The notes: a model not told the origin generated them from the letters alone. A DNA stretch of 64,000 bases from Laetmonice hystrix (GCA_965235115.1 OZ249436.1:28150001-28214000); one strand, 5' to 3'. Positions 24,173 through 38,399 are shown, counted from the stretch's first letter. Made by a program: numbers and translations.

Positions 24173-26203
24173 TCACACCCACACCAGTCTGGCACAGCCG
24201 GCCGTGAGAGCCCGACACTATAGAATCATCCCCTATCAATCTTATTCTAATAAACCTGGCACTCGACATGTTTCAGAGATAGCGAGTGCGTCGTTCTGAA
24301 CGGCAAGATCTTCGAGTGAAACGAACAGAAAAAGTTCCCCATGCTAAGATATACCAGTAGGTTCTTGTCACTCGGGACGAGCAATCACTCGCACTGACAC
24401 TCGTGGCCATTTCCTCCAGAATACAAATAACCGACTTGCATTTCCGAAACTCAAAATATCTCCAGCGATAAAGTTGATATAGCATCCTGAATTTTTAATT
24501 TAGGACCGGATCGTTCGTTGTTTGGACGAATCTGAAAAATCTTGACATTTTAAAACTGTGCACGGTCATTTCATAACCTTTTCATCAATATTGCTCTCTT
24601 ATTCTACGCATTCTATTCCAAGACAAGATTTCCATTAAATGTTCCGTAAATTCTGCAGGGCAGATATAGCAAATCAGTTCAGTTTCCATCCGGTAAAATA
24701 ACATGATTAATTCTGACTGACCAATTTCCTCCTGTCGTATAGAGGTCCAAAGCCCACAAGACCTTTATACCAGTGATCAATTGCTCTATTACTCCCTCTG
24801 CCCGCTTCCGCCATCTGATAACGAGAGCAGTTCATGTGTTCCCTTCATGTTACTCTGATAGACTCATTCAATCACAACACTTAAGGGAGACTAGAAATTT
24901 ATTTATGTCAGTGACCAACTTCAAACAAGGATCTAAGAACACTCGAAGTAAAGGTTTCCACGCTCACACCTGCTCTACCGTATACATTCTCAGTCTGACA
25001 GAGATAAATCGGTCAGAAAATTCCCGGCCTTCCAACTGATACATAGGCATCAAAACCAATGACGGTAACACTTGGAGAGAGTTAAATGAAGTTATCTTAA
25101 ATTCAACGCTAAGCTCTTTCCAACATCACAGAATAATCGTCACGAATGAAGAACTTTGAAAAGTATAAAAGAACTATACGTTTAGAAAGAATTGCTACCT
25201 TAATATGAGACTAAACAAAAATACCAAATCCAAATATCCGTATACCTCCAACCCCCTTGATCGGTCTTATTAAAAATATCTTAGAGTTATATTAGAAGTC
25301 AGGATTTTAAACCAAACCTCAGTACCACATGAAAAATACAAGACAAAGATTGATTTCTATTAGAAGATCCACACGTGAATGTTTCATTTTCTCCAGGCCT
25401 GTTTTTGACAGTGTTTACTGTCAGAACCACTACTGGTTAGACCTAACAACGCCTGGCCTGCTATCGCATAGAGTGATAGAGTGTCAGCAGTCATATCTGA
25501 GGACTACACAGCTCTGGGACATTCCTGTCGGATACAATTGCTCCTTACCGATACAACTTGACTCACTTCTGGCTTAAAGTGAGCTTATCCCCACCTACCA
25601 AATACATTTCTTGAATAACGGGGGCATCCGAGATATTTTCTCGGGCTTCTCCATGCTATATTATCATGACATCCTCCGTTGTAATAAATGTTCTGAGGCC
25701 ACTTTAATTAACTTCATGGGTCACACTCCCTTTGCTGCGCTTGAATGCTGAGCTCATCTGAAGACCTTGCCAAAACAGACTGTATCAAGCGTTTCTCAAA
25801 AATACGTTGAGTGGGCCTATTGTATTTGTACGGAATACTGATCCTGTCGAACTTTCAGACTTGAAAATTATACACATGAACAAAGTTTTCCTCGGTCGTA
25901 TTGTGTTACCTTAATTCAAAATGCTCAATACACCTACGTACTTGATTGTCATTTTGAAAGTCGACTGAAAGGTTAACTTTTTCATTGAATGCATTGGGAT
26001 TCGGCTTAAAACACAATTGGCGCCCACCGAGTGTTCCAAACATAGAGTTGAGCCTCATATAGCCATAGCTTTTTATGTCTATGTTTTAGTTTCCATGAAA
26101 TATAAAAACAGAATGTATAAACAACTATTTCCGGCCTACGCTGTTCCTGCTTACCGAAAGGAGATTTAACCGCGTTGGCTAGAAAGAAAATATTATCATA
26201 TTT

Positions 26204-26850
26204 CATGGAACCTGTCGCTACTGATTTAAAACTTCTCAATTCATGCAACCTATCGCCACTGATTTAAAAGTTCTCAATTCATGCAACCTATCGCGACTGA
26301 TTTAAAAGTTCTCAATTCATGCAACCTATCGCGACTGATTTAAAACTTCTTAATTCATGCAACCTATCGCGACTGATTTAAAACTTCTCAATTCATGCAA
26401 CCTATCGTGACTGATTTAAAACTTCTCAATTCATGCAACCTATCGCGACTGATTTAAAACTTCTCAATTCATGCAACCTATCGCGACTGATTTAAAACTT
26501 CTCAATTCATGCAACCTATCGCGACTGATTTAAAACTTCTCAATTCCTGCAACCTATCGCGACTGATTTAAAGCTTCTCAATTCATGCAACCTATCGCGA
26601 CTGATTTAAAATTTCTCAATTCCTGCAACCTATCGCCACTGATTTAAAACTTCTCAATTCATGCAACCTATCGCGACTGATTCAAAACTTCTCAATTCAT
26701 GCAACCTATCGCGACTGATGTAAAACTTCTCAATTCCTGCAACCTATCGCGACTGATTTAAAACTTCTCAATTCATGCAACCTATCGCGACTGATTTAAA
26801 ACTTCTCAATTCATGCAACCTATCGCGACTGATTTAAAACTTCTCAATTC
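26204..26850. repeat. 38-bp minisatellite, ~17 copies
   Basis: Unit catgcaacctatcgcgactgatttaaaacttctcaatt; head-to-tail with no spacers. Confidence 0.95.
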
Positions 26851-28067
26851 AGACGTCAGGAGTACATCATGACGCTATACTTCTCAACAAGCACGATTCA
26901 AACAAATCATGCCTGAAGCACCACTCCCCATAGCGTCCAATGGCCTCATTCATTACATTCAGGATTGAGTGTCCCCCGCGCTTTTATAATAAAACTTTCA
27001 CATGTTTGTTCATTTTGGGGATATGGCCAAATTTACTCCCATCCATCTCCTTAGTGTCAATATATGAAACACTGCCATGAACACTGCCTGTCTTCATCAC
27101 ATTCACGAGGTCACAGGTTTATCTAGTAATACTACCAGTCTACCACCAGCGGACAATTATTCAGGAAACGTAACGTAAAGCGATGGCTGCAATCTGTAAT
27201 CTAGTTTCTAATCCGCATAATTAAGTCGGATTATCTGTCCGAGGCGGAGGTGGGCGCCGGAACACGGTGCCTGCTCCTGTTAGTGCCGTCCATGTTGTGG
27301 TGAGGCGGACGAGCGCTGGTGGAGATCGAGCCGTGGGGAGGCAGGGAGGGAGGGAGGGGGAGCATGTCAAATCGTCCATGATGAAGTCGGACTGACTGCC
27401 CACACATCCACACCCGATTACATCAGACACCTGAAACTCAGTTTGAAGCCAACACCACCCACATCTCGACATTTCCGACTGACGCCGGAAATCTTTTCCG
27501 TCTCGTATCAAACGGGGTTATTTTTTGGCGGCCGGGGGGGGGGAGGTAGGTTAGGGGGGCTGACATGACAGTGGCGAGGAATGTCCTTCAGTCCCGACCT
27601 CTGATCGCCTCCGTGTTCTGCCTACATTTGGCACATGGGTACGATTACCGACCTGCACCAACCAGACCCCACCAATGGCCTGCCGTCCATCTAGTCGCCC
27701 ACCAACCTGTCACCGATACGATGATGGGGGTCAGGCAGTAAAGGTGAGAGCTAACCACCTGACAACTATCAACTATAAAACGCATAGACGAGCAGAGAAC
27801 AGCAGTGTTTATTATCATACTGAAATATTATAAATCACCAACACATTTTACAGGTGCACTGATGGCCAAGATGAAGATGGACTGAACAAACTGGACGAAC
27901 GCTCAAACTGATTGACGTTTACAAGGTTGTTATGGTTCAGGATAATGACAGACATCGTCCAGGCTGGCTGATAGTCTAGAGGACTAATAGCCTCTAAGAT
28001 TCGATGGTCCAAACTTTCTGATGGCCTCAGAGAGACGGTCCGGGCTGATTTATTCAGGGAATTCATG

Positions 28068-29692
28068 ATCCAGTCTGGCTGATTGCTTCAAATAGACCGA
28101 TGGTCTGGGTGGCTGATTGGCTCTGGTAGACCGATGGTCTGGCTGGCTGATTGGCTCTGGTAGACCGATGGTCTGGCTGGCTGATTGGCTTAACTAGACC
28201 GATGGTCTGGCTGGCTGATTGCTTCAAATAGACCGATGGTCTGGCTGGCTGATTGGCTCTTGTAGGCCGATGGTCTGGTTGGCTGATTGGCTCTGGTAGA
28301 CCGATGGTCTGGCTGGCTGATTGACTCTGGTAGACCGATGGTCTGGCTGGCTGATTGGCTTAACTAGACCGATGGTCTGGCTGGCTGATTGCTTCAAATA
28401 GACCGATGGTCTGGCTGGCTGATTGGCTCTGGTATACCGATGGTCTGGCTGGCTGATTGGCTTAACTAGACCGATGGTCAGGCTGGCTGATTGCCTCAAA
28501 TGGGCCAATGGTCTGGCTGGCTTATTGTCTCAGATAGACCGATGATCCAGGTTGTCTGATTGCCTTAAATAGACCAACAAGAGACCGATGGTCTGGCTGG
28601 CTGATTGCCTCAAGTGGACTGATGAGCCAGGTTGGTTGATGGCCTCAAGTGGACCAATGGTCAGCCTGGCCGATTGTCTCAGGTAGACCGATGGTCAAGG
28701 ATGCCTGATTGTCTCAAATAGACCGATGGTCAAGGATGGCTGATTGTCTCAAATAGACCGATGGTCAAGGATGGCTGATTGTCTCAAATAGACCGATGGT
28801 CAAGGATGGCTGATTGTCTCAAATAGACCGATGGTCCAAGGATGGCTGATTGTCTCAAATAGACCGATGGTCCAAGGATGGCTGATTGTCTCAAATAGAC
28901 CGATGGTCCAAGGATGGCTGATTGTCTCAAATAGACCGATGGTCCAAGGATGGCTGATTTTCTCAAATAGACCGATGGTCAAGGATGGCTGATTGTCTCA
29001 AATAGACCGATGGTCCAAGGATGGCTGATTGTCTCAAATAGACCGATGGTCCAAGGATGGCTGATTGTCTCAAATAGACCGATGGTCAAGGATGGCTGAT
29101 TGTCTCAAATAGACCGATGGTCCAAGGATGGCTGATTGTCTCAAATAGACCGATGGTCAAGGATGGCTGATTGTCTCAAATAGACCGATGGTCAAGGATG
29201 GCTGATTGTCTCAAATAGACCGATGGTCAAGGATGGCTGATTGTCTCAAATAGACCGATGGTCAAGGATGGCTGATTGTCTCAAATAGACCGATGGTCAA
29301 GGATTATTGCCTCAATAAACCAATGATCCAGGTTGGCGATTGCCTCAATACACCAATGGTTTGCTGATTGTCTCAAGTGAACCGATGATCATGGCTGGCT
29401 GATTGTCTCAAGTGAACCGATGATCATGGCTGGCTGATTGTCTCAAGTGAACCGATGATCATGGCTGGCTGATTGTCTCAAGTAGACCGATGATCATGGC
29501 TGACTGATTGTCTCAAGTGAACCGATGATCATGGCTGGCTAATTGTCTCCAATAGACCGCTGGTCAAGGATGGCTGATTGTCTCAATACACCAATGATCC
29601 AGGTTTGCTGATTGCCTCAAGTAGACCGATCATCATGGCTGGCTAATTGTCTCAAATAGACCGATGATCCAGGCTGGCTGATTGCCTCAAGT
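28068..29692. repeat. Compound 34-36-bp minisatellite, ~46 copies in three sub-arrays
   Basis: Units gaccgatggtctggctggctgattggctctggta, gaccgatggt(c)caaggatggctgattgtctcaaata and gaaccgatgatcatggctggctgattgtctcaagt. Confidence 0.93.
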
Positions 29693-31885
29693 GTTGGTAT
29701 TTCACTGTAGCCTACATACACACTGAGCTAATATTATGTATTATCCAACACTAGATTCCATGTGACAAAGGGCATGTCTCTGGGCTTGTCTCTTTTGATA
29801 GTCACCTGAACAAAAATTACACTTTGCCACACCCAATTCAGGTAGGGGCGTAAGGCATTATGTCAGGTAAATCATTTCAAGCATTTTCCCAGGTCTCCGG
29901 AAATCTTGGGAGCAAAAAAAAAAAGAGTACACTGATTGCCCTGTGAAAAGTGTGTCGCGTTCTCTGTGTCTGTTAAATAGGGTGCAGAAGTTCGAAACTT
30001 AGGTTCTTGCTTAAGCTAACGCTTATCGCTTCTTATTTGCTGGTCTATAAGCAGACCTGCCAATCTCCAGCGATCACTTGCTCCACCGACCGTCCGACCC
30101 GCTACGATTGGCTCGAGTGTTCGGGTTGCGGCAGGCATGCGTAAGTGGCCAAATTCTGTCCAGCGGGAATCGCGCTTGCTTACCGTGCCATCTCCGTTAG
30201 GGATTGATTGATTGGTCGCCGCTGCCAACTCAGGTTCCGGCGGACCCCTGCACCAGCCTCGACACACGCCTCAATCAAACTTCTGCAAACTACCCCCAAC
30301 ACAGAAAGTAGCCATACATATTTCAAGCCCTCAGAACTTCAAACATTTGACGTGTAAAAATCCTTCACTATTTACCGTACGGGTACGACAGCCTGTAGTT
30401 GATGTGCGCGAGAATCATTGACCCAAATGGCCCCGGTAGTTTTTTGTTGGTTCCTTTTTCCCCCTCCACTTTGGAACGAATGCAGAATGTGCATATAAAT
30501 CATTCTCTTCTGAAATCACCCTTGTCAAGTCTCGCACATAAAGTAAAAGTCCTGGATGTTAAACTCGCAGCATGAACTACAAGTGCCACATAATGTGATG
30601 GCAGCGGCCGAGTAAAGTAAAATGAATACACTTTCTTATTACTCTAGTCAATACGAACATCACACATAATATCTGTCCTCTTTAGATCCTACAGCTCACA
30701 TTTCAGTACCTTAAATATAAGTCTAGCTTTAGGGCAAAATTCGGGGTTATAAACAACTGTTGAGTACTGAATTTTACCATATTCAAAAACATATCCCTAC
30801 CATCAACGAAACGGAAATAGAATCATACAATTGGGTTTGTCATATGGAAAGAATCTTAATGTTTGTATTAAGGATAATATCCTCCAGGAAACCCTGGCAT
30901 TCCAAATCCAAGATAGAGACTAATTGATCCAGACACTTATGACCTTATGTATACCAAGGTCGTCCTTCTTTCTACTCATCACTTAAAAAAAATCTCTTTT
31001 ACGAGTTCACGGTTTACGGTCTTGAACGCAGGATCTAATTCTACCTGTCCCCAGGTATTATGAGTGGATGTTTGCTGCAACAACTTCACTGTATCTTCCA
31101 TACCCGAAGCGAGAGAGTATGCCAACACGTATGTTATGGTGAGCATCGTCAATAATTCTGATAACCGCCAGCACTTTTTCTCTCCCTGGCATGATTGTGA
31201 TGTTAACTGAACAATGATACCTCATGATAGAAGACATAGGTTGTCTGGGAAGGGCATCGCATTTCGCTATCTACAAAATCTATCAACTATTTATCACACA
31301 GAATGGGGTGTATGAACAGTCATAACATCTCATCTTATATATTTCCACCGTAAGTCCTAAAAAAAGGTTGAGACTTGTGACAGAGAGAATGCGGACTGTC
31401 CATTATATATCGCTTTACTGTGACAAATCGAGTATAAAAACCTCTCTTATACTAATCGGTCACACCACCATATAACATGATGTGGCTTGTATTGAGTGGA
31501 TTCCTGCTAAGTCTAATTCCCCCTTTCATAAGTGGCGTACCGCAGTGAAATAATGTCTCTACATCTAGTTATAATGACCGCTCCTACCGTACCGCTACAA
31601 GTACAACCCTTGCCCGAATAGTGGGGCACTGCACCTCATATCTACATTTAGAACTACCAATTGAGTTCACTCCTCTTCCTATTAAAGTACACGGCTGATT
31701 GCGAGTCCTCATTCCCATAAATCCATGTATGTCAGAAAAGATAATTAAATGACAATATCGATCAGTTATCTGATGTGGAAATGTAACATACTTTTGGCCT
31801 CATAAAGGTTCTATGACCCAATTCTAATGTTCTATCCATATTCTAATGGAACCGGGTTCTTTTCAGAACTTATGTTCTTGCTTTA

Positions 31886-32236
31886 GCTTCAGCTTAAGGC
31901 TTGGCTGGTCTGCTTAGACCAGGCAATCAAAACCTTTCAGCTTAAGGCTTGGCTGGTCTGCTTGGACCAGGCAATCATAACCTTTCAGCTTAAGGCTTGG
32001 CTGGTCTGCTTAGACCAGGCAATCATAACCTTTCAGCTTAAGGCTTGGCTGGTCTGCTTGGACCAGGCAATCATAACCTTTCAGCTTAAGGCTTGGCTGG
32101 TCTGCTTGGACCAGGCAATCATAACCTTTCAGCTTAAGGCCTGGCTGGTCTGCTTGGACCAGGCAATCATAACCTTTCAGCTTAAGGCTTGGCTGGTCTG
32201 CTTGGACCAAGCAATCATAACCTTTCAGCTTAAGCA
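31886..32236. repeat. 48-bp minisatellite, ~7.3 copies
   Basis: Unit cagcttaaggcttggctggtctgcttggaccaggcaatcataaccttt; explains the 16-aa periodic ORFs. Confidence 0.93.
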
Positions 32237-33480
32237 TTAACCGGAATCCTATAGTTTCAAATAATCATCATTAATGAAACTACACGGGACCGGTTAATCT
32301 ACTCGATACAATGATCTTCCCTCACAACTACCCGACTCAGCAGGTACATTATTACCACATCTTTACTTTATCGAAAGTATATGGTTTCAATTGTACAGCT
32401 CTGGCGACATCTGCCAATTCTGTCCGATATGAAACAAAGAATAGTGCTGACTCTGCACCTTGGCAATGAGAGCTCAGCTTGCCGTTTGATAACAACAACT
32501 GTCCTCCTATACCTGACTAGGCTAATTGTTTCCATACATGTCGATGTTCGACAACCCGCCTCTGTGATATACCGGCAGACTGGTAATAGTCCCATTACCC
32601 TCGAGTACCCCGACAGTCTGAACTCGGCCCAGTGGCAACAGCCACTACAGCTCACTCGAAGAACCTCAGTATTATGTTACACTGGCCTCAGGCTATTGGC
32701 AAAAGTCTGAGATGTGCAATGCTGACTGAACGGGCTTTATGCCAAGAACTGGAGGCCAGCTAAACAAGTTGTCTCTATTCTTACCACTTGAGGTTGTTGG
32801 GAGCAGGGTAAAAACTGCGTTCTGGATTACCTAACTGGAGTGTCTACACCAACGTCTCCTTCTCTAATACTTAGAAAACTAAAAGAATAACGTTTTTGTC
32901 TTGGGGGGAATGCTCCCCATTGCCCAGTATACGAGAGACATTCGCCTGCAGGACTGCAGTGCGAGCCGTCAACCGCCAATATCTTGCTCCAAGATTACGA
33001 CCTGACACGTTAGTATGATAGCGACATCACACGGGGCGCCAGTCTCAGCCTCCGGTTGCTCCCCTTGCCCGTCAGTCTCTGCGTTCAGACAGTATTGTAC
33101 ATGTACTGGCTCCCGGGGGTTCACCTATTGCCTACTTTGTAATATCATATTTATTGGAAGCTAATTTGTCCAATGTATTTTTGTCCTGTCACGGAATGTT
33201 TCTATTCCCTAAATTACAGTTTGAAGATCAGGCCAGAGAATAGGTAGTAGATCCAGAAAGAGCCCTGTGCGCGAAGGCCTGACCCTCTTAATTAACAGGA
33301 GGTATAGCCCCCAGTTCTACCGTTCCGACGGCCTGGAATTGTCTATCAGGGTGTGGGGTTGACTCTTCACCGCCAGAAAACCCGAACTCATGCCCCAAGG
33401 ATAACTGACACCTCTATATTTATATATGTCCGTTCACTAACGTATTGGCGGAAGTGAAGTGGAGAAAGGGAGTGGCCCGA

Positions 33481-35000
33481 CCAGAGGACCCTGTGAAGTT
33501 CCTGCAGGCCCATACCTCATCCCCCACCCCACCCCCTTCACCTACCAGAGGACCCTGTAAAGTTTCTGCAGGCCCATACTTCATCCCGACACCCCCGTCA
33601 CCTACCAGAGGACTCTGTGAAGTTCCTGCAGGCCCATACTTCATCCCGACACCCCCCGTCACCTACCAGAGGACTCTGTGAAGTTCCTGCAGGCCCATAC
33701 TTCATCCCGACACCCCCGTCACCTACCAGAGGACTCTGTGAAGTTCCTGCAGAGGCCCATACTTCATCCCGACACCCCCGTCACCTACCAGAGGACTCTG
33801 TGAAGTTCCTGCAGGCCCATATCTCATCCACTGACACACACCCCTTCACCCCCCAGAGGACTCTGTGAAGTTCCTGTAGGCCCATATTCCATCCCCACAC
33901 CCCGGCACCTACCAGAGGACTCTGTGAAGTTCCTGCAGGCCCATATCCCATCCCCACACCCCCGTCACCTACCAGAGGACTCTGTGCAGTTCCTGCAGGC
34001 CCATATCTCATCCACTGACACACTTCCCCTTGACCTCCCAGAGGACTCTGTGAAGTTCCTGCAGGCCCATACCTCATCCCCCACCCCACCCCTCGTCACC
34101 TACCAGAGGACTCTGTGAAGTTCCTGCAGGCCCATACTTCATCCCGACACCCGCCGTCACCTACCAGAGGACTCTGTGAAGTTCCTGCAGGCCCATACTT
34201 CATCCCCACACCCCCCGTCACCTACCAGAGGACTCTGTGAAGTTCCTGCAGAGGCTCATACTTCATCCCGACACCCCCGTCACCTACCAGAGGACTCTGT
34301 GAAGTTCCTGCAGGCCCATATCTCATCCACTGACACACACCCCTTCACCCCCCAGAGGACTCTGTGAAGTTCCTGTAGGCCCATATTCCATCCCCACACC
34401 CCGGCACCTACCAGAGGACTCTGTGAAGTTCATGCAGGCCCATATCCCATCCCCACACCCCCGTCACCTACCAGAGGACTCTGTGCAGTTCCTGCAGGCC
34501 CATATCTCATCCACTGACACACTTCCCCTTCACCTCCCAGAGGACTCTGTGAAGTTCCTGTAGGCCCATATTCCATCCCCACATCCCGGCACCTACCAGA
34601 GGACTCTGTGAAGTTCCTGCAGGCCCATATCCCATCCCCACACCCCCGTCACCTACCAGAGGACTCTGTGAAGTTCCTGCAGGCCCATATCCCATCCCCA
34701 CACCCCCTTCACCTACCAGAGGACTCTGTGAAGTTCCTGCAGGCCCATATCCCATCCCCACACCCCCTTCACCTACCAGAGGACTCTGTGAAGTTCCTGC
34801 AGGCCCATATCCCATCCCCACACCCCCGTCACCTACCAGAGGACTCTGTGAAGTTCCTGCAGGCCCATATCCCATCCCCACACCCCCTTCACCTACCAGA
34901 GGACTCTGTGAAGTTCCTGCAGGCCCATATCCCATCCCCACACCCCCCGTCACCTACCAGAGGACTTTGTGAAGTTCCTGCAGGCCCATATCTCATCCCC
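33481..35000. repeat. ~60-bp C-rich minisatellite, ~25 copies, with a higher-order block duplication
   Basis: Unit cacctaccagaggactctgtgaagttcctgcaggcccatatcccatccccacacccccgt; the variant block near 33720 recurs near 34220. Confidence 0.93.
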
Positions 35001-35666
35001 ATACTCCCACCACCTTCCACGCCCACCGGGCACCCTTCACACTACAGGTCATGGCACTTAGCTCCCAACCTGAGGAATCTGCCCAGTGATGCGTGAATTT
35101 TAAATCTGTAGATTTCCTCCTGAAGCATCATGATTTGAAAGCGCCTGGTAGCGGCAGTCCATTATACACTACAATAAAATACATACTACAAGCATCAATA
35201 CGGACCGAGCCAAGGCGTCAGAGCCGACTGCTGCATCCTGCACCGGCCGTGCTGCCAGTGGTGGCGATCGCAAGGTGTGCGCCTGCGCCGCTCCACTGCC
35301 TCAAACAGCTCTCCCTTCCCTACCTCTCTCCCTCCCTCCCTCTCTCTCCACTACTACAAGTACCACTGAAAAGTACACAGGAGCACTGGAGCTCCGCCAG
35401 CGCAGATTGATGGCTACACACTTACTGTTCAGACAAGCAAAATAGCATCGTTTGTTTCCCAACTGACTCCCCACTGATGAATAGGGTGGTCGCGTCTAAC
35501 CCCACTGGACCAAACTAAACACGAGCCCTTACCCAATGCGTTGAGAGTGCACATCGAACCGCCTACCACTAGAAGTTGGTGAACACTCATTGGAATTGGA
35601 CACATTTACCTGCGACTCAGGTACACTTGCACACGGACAAGAAAGACGGAAGTGAATCGTTCTCCT

Positions 35667-35740
35667 CTACACTGACAGTGGACAGAGTGAATCTAGAGGA
35701 TTTATACACTGACAGTGGACAGAGTGAATCTAGAGGATTT
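35667..35740. repeat. 37-bp direct duplication upstream of the lectin ATG
   Basis: tacactgacagtggacagagtgaatctagaggattt occurs twice. Confidence 0.85.
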
Positions 35741-36000
35741 CCCCCGCATGACAACGACGCCGGATAACGGGAAAGGAAACTAGTGGGAGTGGTTTGTATG
35801 GATGTTTACTCCATGAAGGAGGTATTTTGAAGTGAAAGTTTTCAGATGTACGGTTGAAGGGCAGGTGTCGACATAAAAGGCCATTCGTTGGTCCCAGGCG
35901 CACCTTCCTGGGTAGGCTTAACATTTAGTCGCCCGAATCCCTGTCTGTCGCTAGAACAAAATATATATTTCATTGATTTCACACCAACTTTGCCCTAACC

Positions 36001-36565
36001 ATGGATATGACGGCAAAGGTGGTTGTGCTGTGTGGACTTTTCCTTTTGGTTTCGGGCTCCCGTCTCGAAACCCTCAAGCTACCGAGCTGCACCATCTTCC
36101 AAGGTGCCTGTCAATACCAGGTGAGTGTCACGGGCTCAGACTGCATGTCCCAGGATGCCCCCATCGGCATCCAAACGATCCGTGACTCCTTGAAGAAGGA
36201 CAACGCCATCGCCGAAGAGAAAGAGGTGAAAAAACTCGACGAGCTGGAGAAGAAACTGACCAAGATGATGGAGGGACTGTCTATCCGCTCACTGCGTCAC
36301 ATACGACAGATCCGGAACGACTTGCGTGAGATGTCAACGACCATGAACCTGCTGAAACACCAGGGCACTAAGCGTCGTGGCGGCATGACGTGCCCTCCCG
36401 AGTTCACCAGCGTGGGCACGTGGACGTCATGTTACCGCTTCTCGACGTTCAATGCCACGTGGCACGAGGCGCGCGAGTACTGCTCGGCTTTCGGTGCCGA
36501 CCTGGTCAGTCCCAACACCATGAAGGAGGCGTACATCTTGGATTACCTCATCAAGAGTAGTCCCG
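36001..36565 (+). CDS. First coding exon of a secreted coiled-coil + C-type lectin-domain protein (partial; rest of the CTLD not found in the window)
   Basis: Hydrophobic signal peptide (VVVLCGLFLLVSG), heptad-like charged segment, long-form CTLD N-half CPPEF...SCYRF...TWHEAREYC...GADLVS; strong donor CCG|GTaagt at 36565/36566 (phase 1). Start could be the ATG at 36001 or 36007. Confidence 0.85.
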
Positions 36566-38399
36566 GTAAGTAGGTTACGACCCACCCATCACATTCATTT
36601 ACTTAGTACCTCACCTGAGTGAGGCTGGTACAGTTTGCACAATAAATGAGTCTGCAGAATGAGGGATGAGACTGACTTACTCAAAAATGTTTTAAAGACC
36701 CATATTAAATGCCCCATTGTCATTACAATAACCAGTATGCATTAAACCCTTTCACTTCATCGAGCTTCAAATTTCATTCTCATTTTGCTTCATTTGCAAA
36801 AGTTCTACCTGTTATCATTCCTTACGTTGCGCCACTTCAAATGACCACAACGTGAACATAAAATTAACTGCTTCTATTTGGCAATTTCCATGACAGAAAC
36901 ACTTTTAACACTAGTGATAATTAAAAGCGATTTTCAGAATTGAAAGAGTACAGTGGTGATTTAAATTCCTCTGGATAATAACAATTACATTCCAGTGAAG
37001 TTGTATTTTTTTATTACACTACATGGCTGAAGTGCGCAGCCATGTTTAAACGTTGTTCATTGTTCACCATGCTGTGAACTCATTTTCTCCGAGTTCACAT
37101 TGAGGCGACTTTTCAGTACACTCCAGGAACGTGTAACACATTGTCATAAGATATCAATGCTGTATGAGACATTCGATATGAGTGCCAACCTTTCCTTCAC
37201 GTCCTACTGGCCTCTGACATGTAATTATCTCAGTATGCCTTTAGCAATGACAAGTATTTTGTCTTAAGGGACTATGTTATGTTGATGTCGGCGTAAACAA
37301 AGTTGTCATTTGAGGTGGGTGTGGGAGACTGGCAAACGGCCATTGCAGACACAAGTACCTTGATAATATCCACCTCTTCAATACAATGCTGCGAATGTCA
37401 TTGGGCGTGGTACGTCTAGAGTACATTAACTGTGCTGTAATATCTATATATATTTACTCTTGTACGCGTACTGCCATTGTACATTAGTAGGGGAAATGTT
37501 CACAAATCCACATCAAAGAACGGGCTCCCAATGCACCTGATGGCAGGCTCATCATCATCCATTAGTCAAAAACTAATAACCCAGTTTGAACACGATCCTC
37601 AGTTGAGTAGCAACTTTAGACACGGAATGAATGGCTCGTTTGTGACATTTCACCATTCACATTTCTTTCTGTCCACGTTATAGTTTCTTTTTCTCTCCAT
37701 CATGTACAATTGGCATCTCTCTAGTTCACGTCAAAATAGCTTATTCACTGACCAAGCCTCTGACTCATGCTGACTTCCTTCGCTCCGTAAACAAAGGTGC
37801 ACCGAACTTCAAAGACCAATAAAAAAGCAGAATTTAAAGTCCAGCTGTCCTGATTGCTGCAAGCGTCTATGTGGGTGGATCACCGTTGTACCTGTAAACA
37901 CCTTTGTCACAGGTTTACGCTATGAATTTGCGTTGTTAAACCTCATTGTTCAGTTGTCTCCACCGGATCCTTCCGAAATATATGACGGACGACGTACATT
38001 AAGAGAGCCATCTGTGGCCAGTCAGGGATTTATATAAAAAACATTGGCGTTGTGATTCCACCGAAATCCGCATTTTAATCAGGATTTCGAAGGCAGACAT
38101 GGCGCGTACATAATGTGCCAGACTTACACATTCTCGACTCTGCCACTTGACAGAGATGCACTTGATTGATCTAGGCCCTTTTCATATTACATCCCTCACG
38201 CCTATACCTGCAGTTTCCTCTTCATAAGGAAGTACATGTATATTGACTAGAGGCGCCCCATTTCCCCTGGAAACCTACGCACCGCGGTCTTTAGGGAAAC
38301 GCACAATTCTTGCCAGGAAAGAACGAAAAACTGTGTACTCGTGTACTGTAGTTAGGCCATCCTTTTTTCAATCACCACGACGGGTGTGTTCGATTCCGT

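Noticed and set aside
26204..26850. CRISPR-sized (34-38 bp) repeats here and at 4037, 28068 and 47525
   Set aside because: Head-to-tail units with no unique spacers, no cas genes and a eukaryotic intron context.
33420..35096. Gly/Pro-rich periodic ORFs
   Set aside because: Translations of the ~60-bp minisatellite, with frameshifts between units.
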